DNA of 64,000 bases from an uncultured Bacteroidales bacterium (lineage in GTDB: Bacteria > Bacteroidota > Bacteroidia > Bacteroidales > VadinHA17): NCBI GenBank assembly GCA_963698535.1, contig CAVORD010000001.1, positions 1,895,823-1,959,822 on the forward strand, read 5' to 3'. The notes beneath the pieces were generated by a model. It made no database searches. It was given only the letters and a program-made list of their open reading frames with translations, and had not been told where the DNA came from. The position numbers were made by a program, and so were the translations under genes. Below are positions 49,897 to 59,263 of this stretch, piece by piece (position 1 is the stretch's first letter; every line of letters starts with the position of its first letter).

Positions 49897-49990
49897 ATAT
49901 CTCTGTCTGAACAAATCATTTCTCAAGCACCTATTGACTGCAACCTTTTATCTTCAATCAAATCGCTACCTTTGTACCAAAATCAGTTCG

Positions 49991-50575
49991 ATGAACCTTA
50001 GCCTGAAAGAGATATTTGCAACCTTCATGGTTCTTTTTGCAATAATCGATATTCCCGGATCGATCCCTATTATATTGGATATCAAGTCAAAAACAGGAAA
50101 TATCCAGCCTGCAAAAGCAACACTGGTGGCTCTCGGTATTTTCCTGGCTTTCCTTTTTATAGGCGCCCCACTACTGAGAATCTTTGGTATCGATGTCTCC
50201 TCATTCGCCATTGCCGGCTCATTTATCATTTTTATTCTTGGAACAGAGATGGTGATGGGGATTGAGCTCTTCAAACATGATGCTCCCGGAGGTGGAACAA
50301 TAGTACCTATTGCATTCCCACTGATAGCAGGAGCCGGCTCTATTACAACGATCCTGTCACTCAAAGCCGACTACCAGACAGAGAATATACTTATCGGGCT
50401 TCTTCTCAATATGGGCGTGGTCTACCTTGTCCTCCGTATGACATCCACTTTTGAAAAAATACTGGGAGAAGCCGGACTGCATATTCTGAGAAAATTCTTT
50501 GGTATAATACTGCTTGCCATCGCAATAAAACTGTTCACGTCAAACACTGGCATACAACTGGGCGATGGCAATTGA
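49991..50575 (+). CDS. MarC family (UPF0056) integral membrane protein
   Basis: Six TM helices. ATG 49991 gives [26 protein letters not shown]. Confidence 0.8.
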   Translation: MNLSLKEIFATFMVLFAIIDIPGSIPIILDIKSKTGNIQPAKATLVALGIFLAFLFIGAPLLRIFGIDVSSFAIAGSFIIFILGTEMVMGIELFKHDAPGGGTIVPIAFPLIAGAGSITTILSLKADYQTENILIGLLLNMGVVYLVLRMTSTFEKILGEAGLHILRKFFGIILLAIAIKLFTSNTGIQLGDGN

Positions 50576-51048
50576 TGTTATACTATATACCGATGGTGCT
50601 GCCAGTGGAAATCCCGGACCGGGTGGTTACGGACTGGTGCTTATTTCGGGCAAGCACAGGCTGGAAAAATCAGGCGGGTTTCGACTTACAACCAACAACA
50701 GAATGGAACTGTTGGCGGTTATTGAAGGACTCGAATCGCTTAAAGTAAAGGGACTGCAATGTGACCGTTTACACCGACTCAAAATATGTTTCCGAAGCGG
50801 TGAACCAGGGCTGGCTCTTTGGTTGGGAGAAAAAGGGCTTTGCCAAAAAGAAAAACCCCGATCTCTGGAAAAGATTCCTGATCTCATACAGGAAGCATAC
50901 TGTTAAGTTTATATGGATAAAAGGCCATTCCAACATCCCTGAGAATGAAAAATGCGACAGGCTTGCAGTAGAAGCATACCATAAAAGTGATCTCCCAGAT
51001 GACGCCGGCTACGACCCTAATACCGATAAAGGTGACCTCTTCGCCTGA
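50565..51048 (+). pseudogene. rnhA: ribonuclease HI interrupted by one +1 frameshift (about 50749-50761)
   Basis: N-terminal half in one frame ([17 protein letters not shown]...[18 protein letters not shown]). C-terminal half in the +1 frame ([10 protein letters not shown]...IWIKGHSNIPENEKCDRLA). No homopolymer at the junction. Confidence 0.75.
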
Positions 51049-51147
51049 ATTTTCATAAAGTAATCCTTCTTTCTCTGGTTACTTTATACATTCTCCGATT
51101 ATCGAATCTCGTCTTTTTTATATATTTACACATTATAAAATTAAATT

Positions 51148-51561
51148 ATGCAACCGTTACATATAGCTCCCTCTGCATATACCCCTGAAATTGATTTTAA
51201 CCCCGAAGGCGGACTGCTTAGCATTAGCGGGCACTCATCTCCTGAAGATGTAAGAAGCCTTTACAATCCTGTCATAGACTGGTTAAGGGGGTTTCATCAA
51301 CAGATCACGGAAAAAGAGTACTGCTTCAATAAAGAGAAACCTCTTATTATGAAGGTCGACCTGAGCTACTTCAACAGTTCATCTGCAAAATTTCTGTTCG
51401 ACATAATTAATGAGATCAAGAAAATACGGGAAACAGGGAACCGTGTTGTTATACAGTGGATCTACGACAGAGAAGATACTGACATGAAAGAGGCCGGCAA
51501 GGATATTGCCTTGCTTGTCAATATGGATTTCGAATACATCCCGAAGAATGAAGTTGAATAA
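51148..51561 (+). CDS. DUF1987 (SiaC-like) regulatory protein
   Basis: 137 aa. Carries TPEIDFNPEGGLLSISGHSSPED and LSYFNSSSAKFLFDI. Confidence 0.75.
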   Translation: MQPLHIAPSAYTPEIDFNPEGGLLSISGHSSPEDVRSLYNPVIDWLRGFHQQITEKEYCFNKEKPLIMKVDLSYFNSSSAKFLFDIINEIKKIRETGNRVVIQWIYDREDTDMKEAGKDIALLVNMDFEYIPKNEVE

Positions 51562-52055
51562 TGAGGGGTCAGCCTGAATTATACAAGCTCCTGGAATCGA
51601 TCGGAATAAAGTTTGAGTATCACGAGCATCCCCCCGTACCAACTATAGAAGAAGCACTGAAATACTGGGTGAACCTTAACTCGGGAAGATGCAAAAACAT
51701 CTTTTTCCGAAACCACAAAGGCAACAGACATTATCTTGTAATACTTGACTACAAAGCCGAGCTTAATATTCATGATCTTGAGAAACGCCTTCAACAGGGC
51801 AAGCTTACCTTTGCTTCAGAAAAACGACTGCTGAAGTATCTTGGACTTACCCCCGGCTCTGTATCTCCGTTCGGACTGATAAACGATAAGGAGAACCATG
51901 TACACCTCTTCATCGATGAGAATCTCAGCCAAGAGGAGAGACTTGCCTTCCATCCTAATATCAACACTGCTTCATTAGTTATATCCCAATCCGATTTCAC
52001 GAAGTTCCTCCGACAATCGGGCAATACCTGGGAATTCCTAAAACTGTACGATTAA
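51561..52055 (+). CDS. YbaK/ProX-type aminoacyl-tRNA editing domain protein
   Basis: 164 aa. Carries KNIFFRNHKG and PGSVSPFGLIND. TAATG overlap with the upstream gene. Confidence 0.75.
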   Translation: MRGQPELYKLLESIGIKFEYHEHPPVPTIEEALKYWVNLNSGRCKNIFFRNHKGNRHYLVILDYKAELNIHDLEKRLQQGKLTFASEKRLLKYLGLTPGSVSPFGLINDKENHVHLFIDENLSQEERLAFHPNINTASLVISQSDFTKFLRQSGNTWEFLKLYD

Positions 52056-52293
52056 CCGGTTCTCTTCTGTTAATGATCCTTAACATTAAAGATTCTGCTA
52101 TTATAAAACAATAACAAGCAGGAATCTGGCATTGTCAAACAGCTCATTTAGTGATATTTAGCAATGGTGTTGAGTGTATAATCTACTACTTACTGCTATT
52201 GTAACACTAAATATTTCAGGGTTTAGAAAGGGTTTAAGTGCAACAAACAGGTCACTTAATCGTCATTAAATCGCAAACTAACTTAACCTGAAG

Positions 52294-54926
52294 ATGAAAA
52301 AGCTAACAGCCCTGCTGATTCTGTTACTAACCATTACATCGTTATGGGGGCAAACAACCAAGAAGAGATACAAAATAGAGCGCACCGATACACCCCCTTC
52401 GATAGATGCTATTCTCGACGACGCAGCATGGGAAAAAGGAAACTGGTCGGGTGACTTCTGGCAATTTGAGCCCTACGATAACCTCCCACCGTCGCAACCA
52501 ACAGAATTCAAACTCCTTTATGATGATTCATTCATCTATTTCGCCGTTAAATGTTATGATTCCTCACCCGACAGTATCATTAACAGGATGACCAGGCGCG
52601 ATAATGTTGAAGGTGACTTTGTTGGTGTAATGTTCGACAGTTATCACGACCTTAGAACCAGTTTTTCATTTTTTGTCAGCTCTTCAGGGGTTAAAATGGA
52701 TATTATCCACTCCAGCAACGGTCAGAGCGAAGATCCCACATGGGATCCTATCTGGATGGTTAAAACTCAGATCTACGACTGGGGATGGGTTGCGGAAGCA
52801 AAGATCCCGTTTACCCAGTTAAGGTTCAACTCAAGTTCACGGGAAGTATGGGGCTTTGAAGTAACCAGAATGATCTACCGCTTCAATGAAATGAGTATTT
52901 GGAACCCTATTCCCAATACAGCGCCGGGATTTGTTCATATGTTCGGAGAACTTGATGGACTTCAGGGTGTTAAGCCAAGGAAGCAACTCGACCTTACACC
53001 GTTTGTAGTTGCCGGATTCGACAAATACGAGAAGGAAGATGGGAACCCATTTGCCACAGGTTTCGACTTCAAACGCAATATAGGACTTGACGGCAAAATA
53101 GGGATAACAAACAACCTAACACTCGACTTTACGATCAGTCCCGACTTTGGGCAGGTGGAGGCCGACCCCTCGGAAGTTAACCTCAGTGCGTTTGAAACAT
53201 TCTACGAGGAGAAGAGACCATTCTTTATTGAAGGGAAAAACATTACCAGCTTCAAGACAGGTATTGGCGATGGTGATATCGGTAACGATAATCTGTTTTA
53301 CTCACGCAGGATCGGGCGCAGACCATGGGGATACCCCGATCTTAATTCCGGGGAGTATGCTGATGTCCCTACCCAAACAAGTATTATTGGTGCAGCCAAA
53401 TTAACCGGGAAAACAGAGAACGGATGGTCGATAGGTGTAATTGAGAGTGTTGCAGCTGAGGAATTCGCCAAAATCGACAATAACGGTACGGTAAGAAAAG
53501 AATCGGTAGAGCCCCTCACAAACTATTTTGTGGCACGACTGCAGAAGGATGCAAACAAAGGAAATACAATTATCGGGGGTATGTACACAAATACCCTGCG
53601 CGATCTCGATACAGTAAGTGTTGATTATCTTCACAAAACGGCACATACCGGAGGAATTGACTTTTCACAGTTCTTCAAGGATAAAAACTATGTCTTCCAG
53701 GCTAATATGGCTGTCAGTAAGGTGTATGGTTCAGAAGAGGCCATCGACAGGACCCAGAAATCATCAAGAAGGTATTTTCAGCGACCCGATAATGATTATG
53801 TCGATTATGATCCTGCCAAGAACCTCACTTTCTGGACATGGCGGAAATATCTCAATTTGGAAAATAGGTGGCAACTGGAACTTTATGATTTTCAACCTTT
53901 GGAAATCACCCGGATTTGAACTAAATGATCTTGGCTACCTAAGAGATGCCGACCAGATACTTAATGTTGTGTGGTCGGGATATAACATTAACCAGCCTTT
54001 CAGTATATTCAGGAATATGCGGTTTAATTTCAACTTGTGGAACGGATGGGATTTCGGAGGGGTATATCATGGTATCGGTGGTAACATTAACATTAATACA
54101 CAGTTCAAGAACTACTGGAGATTAAGTACCGGAATCAACCGCGATGGAGAATCACTCGTTAACGGTTTCCTGAGAGGAGGACCGGCAATGCTGCATCCGG
54201 GAGGTAGCAATTATAATATTTTCCTGGGAACCGACGACAGGAAGAAATTAAACTTCACTATTAATTCCAATTTTAACAAAACCGATGATGATGCCGGTGA
54301 ATCGCTGAGGTTAGGATTAGGAATTACCTACAGGCCTGTCAATACACTCAGGATAAGTCTGAATCCGGCCTATTCCAGATCATCATCTGAACTACAATAT
54401 ATTACAGATCTATCCTTTGGTTCGGATGATAGGTACATCTTCGGGGCTATTGACCAGAAAGTTCTTAGCATGTCGCTCAGGATAAACTATAATCTGACCC
54501 CCGATCTTACAATCCAGTATTGGGGTCAGCCCTTCATTGCAAGCGGGAAATATTCAAGAATAAAGATGATAACAAATACCCCACAGGCTGAAAGTTTCGG
54601 CGACAGATTCTATACTTTTTCCGGTACTGAAATAGGATATGACGCAGGGGCGGGGGAATATCTTATTGACGAAGACAACAATGGCTCTACAGATTACAGA
54701 GTGGAGAATCCAAACTTCAACGTCAGTGAGTTCCTCTCCAACTTTGTGGTCAGATGGGAGTTTGTTCCGGGATCCACTGTTTACCTGGTATGGTCGCAGA
54801 CGCGAGGAGCATAGCAACGATTCAGGCATTATGAAGTTTGGCGACGATATCGACGATCTTTTCTCGGTAAATAAACCTTACAACACCGTCCTGCTGAAAT
54901 TCTCATACCGGTTTGGATTGAGATAA
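52294..54926 (+). pseudogene. DUF5916 / CBM9-like outer-membrane-associated protein, two +1 frameshifts (about 53825 and about 54805)
   Basis: Three consecutive ORFs in frames 1>2>0 continue one protein: ...DYDPAKNLT | LSGHGGNISIWKIGG... and ...VYLVWSQTR | EEHSNDSG.... Confidence 0.7.
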
Positions 54927-55319
54927 GGGGATTTGTAATCAAATATCACCTGGTCCGTCGAGATATCCGTTATGTTCGCAATGAGCTGTTTATCCATTTT
55001 TTATCTTTGCGATCTTTGCCTTAACTTGGCGTACTTTGCGGTTAAAATGAACTTCTGAGGCACCCTCTTACCTTAATTAATTAAGGAAGTCTTCAGCAAA
55101 GATAACGCTCCTCTATGTTTGTAAATATCAGTAGTTTAACCACCCTGAATATAATCCATATGATATGGAACAAATCTCCTATCCCTATTTAGAAGTGTTA
55201 TAAAAATCACATATAATGTGTATTTTCTTCAACAAATCTTATATTTGTTTGGTACAATAATTGCAATCTAAGTTTTAGATGTTATTATAAAAACAGTAAT
55301 TAACCAAAAAAGGATAGAC

Positions 55320-55850
55320 ATGTTTATAAAGAAAACAACCCTGCTGATCGCCCTGATAGTAATGATGGGAGCAACTGTATCAGCACAGACATTTAAGTAC
55401 ATCGGTGCTGACAAGTGTAAAATGTGTCACAACAAACCAGCAACCGGTGAACAGTACAAAAAGTGGACAGAGGAGAGCCATTCAAAGGCTTTAAAATCTC
55501 TCTCCAACCCTGCTTCTCTGGAGTATGCAAAGAAGAACGGTATTGCCGATCCAGCAAAAGAGCAGAAGTGTCTTAAGTGCCACTCCACTTTCCATTCAAT
55601 TGATGCAAAACTTCAGGGAGGAATCCTGCCTTACGAAGGTGTTTCATGCGAATCATGCCATGGACCAGGCAGTGCTTACAAGGCTCCAACAATTATGAAA
55701 GACCAGGCTCTATCAATTAAGAATGGCCTTATAGTACCAACCAAGGAGACTTGCGTTGCATGCCACAATAAAGAGAATCCTTTCTACAAGGAGTTTAACT
55801 ATGAGGCAGCTCTGAAGAAAATCGCTCATCCTAATCCTGCTGCCAAGTAG
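55320..55850 (+). CDS. secreted tetraheme c-type cytochrome
   Basis: Signal peptide and four CxxCH motifs (CKMCH, CLKCH, CESCH, CVACH) in 176 aa. Confidence 0.85.
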   Translation: MFIKKTTLLIALIVMMGATVSAQTFKYIGADKCKMCHNKPATGEQYKKWTEESHSKALKSLSNPASLEYAKKNGIADPAKEQKCLKCHSTFHSIDAKLQGGILPYEGVSCESCHGPGSAYKAPTIMKDQALSIKNGLIVPTKETCVACHNKENPFYKEFNYEAALKKIAHPNPAAK

Positions 55851-55874
55851 TATTAGCTTAAGATATAAGATAAA

Positions 55875-55911
55875 GAACCCCATAACCGAAAGGTTACGGG
55901 GTTCTTTTTTT
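55875..55911 (+). terminator. Rho-independent terminator after the cytochrome gene
   Basis: 13-bp stem (one mismatch) GAACCCCATAACC/GGTTACGGGGTTC with a GAAA loop, followed by T7. Confidence 0.85.
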
Positions 55912-55952
55912 GTGCAAAGAATGGTCTTTACCAGTCCCTGAAAGGTTAATGT

Positions 55953-56132
55953 CTACTTTTTCCAGTCGGCAATTATTATTTTATCACCAACCAGCTTAAC
56001 ATCAAGTTTTTGCTTGGCTCTCCACCCCAATTTTACAATATATTCCCTGGGTATGGTAAGGGCATAGCTGCTCCCGCCGGCTGTTTTCTGCAGACTGCGG
56101 ATGTTTCGCTCTTCAGATTTCCTGTTTGCCAT
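55953..56132 (-). CDS. AbrB/MazE/SpoVT-type DNA-binding domain protein (59 aa; below the ORF-track cutoff)
   Basis: My own translation: MANRKSEERNIRSLQKTAGGSSYALTIPREYIVKLGWRAKQKLDVKLVGDKIIIADWKK*. This is the swapped-hairpin pattern (GGSSYALTIP...LG...L.V...GD.III). Confidence 0.6.
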   Translation of the reverse strand: MANRKSEERNIRSLQKTAGGSSYALTIPREYIVKLGWRAKQKLDVKLVGDKIIIADWKK

Positions 56133-56160
56133 AGTTTAATAATTATGTAATTAATTATAT

Positions 56161-56196
56161 AGTTAACTACTGAGTTAATTACTGAGATAACTACTG
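56161..56196. promoter_or_regulatory. three tandem 12-bp direct repeats (candidate operator)
   Basis: AGTTAACTACTG / AGTTAATTACTG / AGATAACTACTG. Lies 29-64 nt upstream of the AbrB-like ATG and 40 nt downstream of the MerR/B12 gene stop. Confidence 0.5.
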
Positions 56197-56235
56197 CAAT
56201 TTAAGACTTTTATCCTGATAAGAAACAGGGTATTG

Positions 56236-57111
56236 CTACGAAAGAATGGATTTAAGTTCTTCAAAGGAGCCCGATCCGCTTTTCATGTCTGATCCTGACC
56301 CTGAGAAAGATAGTCTCAGGATGCCTCCTGCCAGGATCTTTTTCCCCTTGAATTTTGTTGTCAGCTCTTCTGAGATCCTCTCAGGATCAATCTGCCGGGA
56401 GGGAGATAAAACATATGTAACAACAATATCAGGGTTCCAGGAAGTGCTGGCAGCCACTGCGGATTCAAATGGAGTATTAGCCCCGAGGTAGAGAGTATTA
56501 TGACCCCACTTGCGTATAAAGTAGTTGTAACAGAGCAGAGGAATCTCATGGTATTCATTTTCAGGCAGGAAAAGAAGGACCTTTTTGCTTCCTGCACTCT
56601 TCTCCAGTGGCAAAGAATCGATCGCAGAAATGATCTTCTGCCTGATTATATTAGTTGCAAAATGCTCCGTCGCTATCCCTGCAGAACCTGTCTGCCACAT
56701 TATACCTATCCTCCTTAGGAAGGGGAAAATTAATCCCGATATGGTGAATTCAAAACCCTTTTCCATCACCGATCTTACAAGGATTCTGTTAATCTCCGAC
56801 TCATCATGAGACAATGTGGCAACAACAAGTGCATCGGTCTGGGTATCCTTATTAAAAAGCTCCCTCGAGATGAAAGAGACCTTCTCATCTATCTCATCGC
56901 CGGTGAGGGTCGCTATCCTGGAGATCTTAAACCCGTTACGTTTCAGGATGGCAATGTTTATTATCATCCTTAACTGGTCGTCTCCGTAAAGCCTCCTGTT
57001 TGTCTCTGTCCTTTCGGGATTGATAAAACTGTAACGACGCTCCCATACACGTATTGTATGAGCATTTATTCCCGACAGTATTTCCAGGTCCTTTATTGAG
57101 TACTTCTCCAT
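56236..57111 (-). CDS. MerR family regulator with C-terminal cobalamin-binding-like domain (CarH/LitR-like)
   Basis: N-terminal MerR HTH YSIKDLEILSGINAHTIRVWERRY. C-terminal Rossmann-like region with ENEYHEIPLL (ExHxx, Pro in place of the usual Gly), LGANTP and LAGG. Confidence 0.7.
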   Translation of the reverse strand: MEKYSIKDLEILSGINAHTIRVWERRYSFINPERTETNRRLYGDDQLRMIINIAILKRNGFKISRIATLTGDEIDEKVSFISRELFNKDTQTDALVVATLSHDESEINRILVRSVMEKGFEFTISGLIFPFLRRIGIMWQTGSAGIATEHFATNIIRQKIISAIDSLPLEKSAGSKKVLLFLPENEYHEIPLLCYNYFIRKWGHNTLYLGANTPFESAVAASTSWNPDIVVTYVLSPSRQIDPERISEELTTKFKGKKILAGGILRLSFSGSGSDMKSGSGSFEELKSILS

Positions 57112-57162
57112 CTTTTCTTCTCTATTCTAAATATAATTAATAATAATGAGAGGGGTAAAGTA

Positions 57163-57192
57163 TGTGATAAATAAAAAAAATCTGCAACAATA
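57163..57192 (-). terminator. Rho-independent terminator after the fasciclin gene
   Basis: Stem ATCTGCAA/TTGCAGAT. The minus strand is followed by T8. Confidence 0.75.
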
Positions 57193-57225
57193 ATTGCAGA
57201 TTTTTCTTTCGGTGGGATATGAATA

Positions 57226-58152
57226 TTACTTAGCGGGAGATGCCGGCAAAAGTACCTTGTCTATTGCGTGAACGACACCATTTGTTGCCTGTACATCGGT
57301 TACAATTATGTCAGCATCAATATTTATTGCTGGTGATGGACTTAATGTGACCTCTATCGGACCGTTAAGTGTCTGAACGGTACCTGCTGAGAGCTGTGCA
57401 GCCCTTACATTGCCGCTTACAACGTGATACTGAAGGATCGGAATGAGCTGCTCCTTTGTCAGTTGTGCAATACCTGTTACTCCAAGTTCAGTAAAGAGGG
57501 CTTCAAAAGCTGCATTTGTCGGTGCAAATACCGTGAAAGGTCCGGCTCCTTTGAGTGTTTCAACCAGTTCAGCTTTTACAACAGCCTCCACCAGAATGCT
57601 GAATGAACTGTTGGCAATAGCCTGGTCAACTACTGTTGGCGGGAGAAGAACCTTATCAATTGCGTGTATGACACCATTCTTGACATCCACATCAGCAATA
57701 ACAACAGTTGAGCTGTTGTTGATCTTAACATTCATGCCAACATTGATATTCATACTTATTGCATCGTTATTTCTCTTACTCAGGGAATTGAAATAACCTG
57801 TAGAGAGCATGGCTGCCTTTTTCTCCTCTCCTAATACGTGGTATAAGAGAATAGGTGTAAGGGCCTCAGCTGAAAGATCGGCAACACCCGAAACACCAAG
57901 CTGACTGAATAGAGCTGTGAATGCGTCGTTTGTTGGTGCAAACACAGTAAAGTTTCCCTCTCCGTTGAGAACATCAACCAGATCAGCTTTAGTTAAAGCA
58001 TCAACCAGAATTGAGAAGTTGTTGTTTGAGACTGCGTACTCAGCAATTGTCATATCCATTACTGATTTCTCTTTTTCCTCTTTTTCGCATGATGCAAAAA
58101 TTAGTGTGGAAAAAATCATAAATACCGTAAAAATAGTTCCTAGCTTTTTCAT
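57226..58152 (-). CDS. fasciclin (FAS1) domain lipoprotein, two FAS1 domains
   Basis: Lipobox FASC. Duplicated FTVFAPTN(D/A)AF ... NGV(I/V)HAIDKVLLP. Confidence 0.9.
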   Translation of the reverse strand: MKKLGTIFTVFMIFSTLIFASCEKEEKEKSVMDMTIAEYAVSNNNFSILVDALTKADLVDVLNGEGNFTVFAPTNDAFTALFSQLGVSGVADLSAEALTPILLYHVLGEEKKAAMLSTGYFNSLSKRNNDAISMNINVGMNVKINNSSTVVIADVDVKNGVIHAIDKVLLPPTVVDQAIANSSFSILVEAVVKAELVETLKGAGPFTVFAPTNAAFEALFTELGVTGIAQLTKEQLIPILQYHVVSGNVRAAQLSAGTVQTLNGPIEVTLSPSPAINIDADIIVTDVQATNGVVHAIDKVLLPASPAK

Positions 58153-58500
58153 GAGTTCTGTTTTTTATTTGGTTTATGAAGAAGAAACATCATGAAGATT
58201 ATTTTGTTCATATTTTTGTTCGTTTATTTAGTCATTTATACTGCTAAACAGGTTCTATAGTGGCTTATTCTATACCATATATACTTGATTATTTGTCTAT
58301 TACAGTATGTTAAAAAAATTTATATTATTTTATATTTTTTTCTGTATTTTTATTCATTTGTCATATTGACATCATAAATTCCACCTTGTTTTACAGGGTC
58401 ATTACCCCTCGTAATCTTCTTTATTCTCTTTTTCCCTACGGCTGAAGCCAGTGGAATTTGTATTAAAATATTAAAAGGGCATTAGCCCAATATATAAGTG

Positions 58501-58568
58501 GTGGTGGATTAGCTTCGGTGATCCTGGAGGGGGTGATCAATAAACAATAGCCCGTTAGTGCCTGCGGG
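58501..58568. repeat. diverged copy A of an approximately 66-bp repeat family (GGATTA..CGGTGATCC...GCCCGTTAGTGCCTGCGG)
   Basis: Aligns with 58678-58746. An 18-nt identical core at 58550-58567 matches 58727-58744, offset exactly 177 bp. Confidence 0.6.
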
Positions 58569-58677
58569 GATTTTCTTTCCAGCCGGTCGCAAATTTCTTG
58601 TATAGTCAAATGCCGTTGGCTTAAGCCAATGGCATAAGTGTTGTGATGTTAAGAGGACTTCAGTCCAATAAATATGT

Positions 58678-58746
58678 AACGCGGATTACCTCCGGTGATC
58701 CGGTCTGGGGTGGCCATTCAACAAAAGCCCGTTAGTGCCTGCGGCA
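58678..58746. repeat. copy B of the same approximately 66-bp repeat family
   Basis: See copy A. Its 5' motif GCGGATTACCT recurs at 59344-59354. Confidence 0.6.
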
Positions 58747-58836
58747 CTTCGCGGGTTTGTTTCATTGCCCGCTCATGCAAGCATGGCGGGCATGAAATAA
58801 AAAACCCGCCAGCGAAGCTGAACGGGCTTTTGTTGA
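58718..58836 (-). other. approximately 120-nt rod-like nested hairpin immediately 3' of tRNA-Cys
   Basis: Outer perfect 16-bp stem: 58718-58733 pairs with 58821-58836. Middle stem CTTCGC+GGGTTT pairs with AAACCC+GCGAAG. Inner stem GCCCGC/GCGGGC. Apex CATGC-AA-GCATG. Confidence 0.55.
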
Positions 58837-58906
58837 GGTCGGTGGCGGATTCGAACCGCCGTACCTGGTTTTGCAGACCAATGCCTAGCCACTCGGCCAA
58901 CCGACC
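58836..58906 (-). tRNA. tRNA-Cys (anticodon GCA)
   Basis: Minus-strand 71 nt. Acceptor stem GGTCGGT/ACCGACC, anticodon stem TTGGT/ACCAG, loop CTGCAAA, T-arm GGCGG-TTCGAAT-CCGCC. No encoded CCA. Confidence 0.9.
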
Positions 58907-59263
58907 CTGATTATATAACTCTTGTACATTAAAGAACATCTTCTTCACCCCCTTGGGTGGCGGATTGCTCATCATCTCCTTCAGACATGCTTCGCGAGCT
59001 CTCTCCTTTCAGTCGTTCGGTTCGAACCGCCTTTGCCACTCCTGTCCGCCGAAGCTTTAGCGAAGGCGGGCGGCCAACCGACCCTGATTATATAACTCTT
59101 GTACATTAAAGAACATCTTCTTCACCCCCTTGGGTGGCGGATTGCTCATCATGTCCTTCAGACATGCTTCGTGAGCTCTCTCCTTTCAGTCGTTCGGTTC
59201 GAACCGCCTTTGCCACTCCTGTCCGCCGAAGCTTTAGCGAAGGCGGGCGGCCAACCGACCCTG
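58895..59263 (-). repeat. 177-bp tandem repeat (2 full units + 15-bp partial) derived from the tRNA-Cys gene and its upstream flank
   Basis: Units 58895-59071 and 59072-59248 differ at 2 positions (58976 C/G, 58995 C/T). Each unit carries the tRNA 5' end CGGCCAACCGACCC and both T-arm halves (GGTGGCGGATT ... TTCGAACCGCC), separated by a 53-nt insert. Confidence 0.85.

Noticed and set aside
58895-59263. Possible CRISPR array.
   Set aside because: The units are 177 bp, directly abutting with no unique spacers. There are only two copies and no cas genes nearby. This is a tandem duplication, not a CRISPR array.
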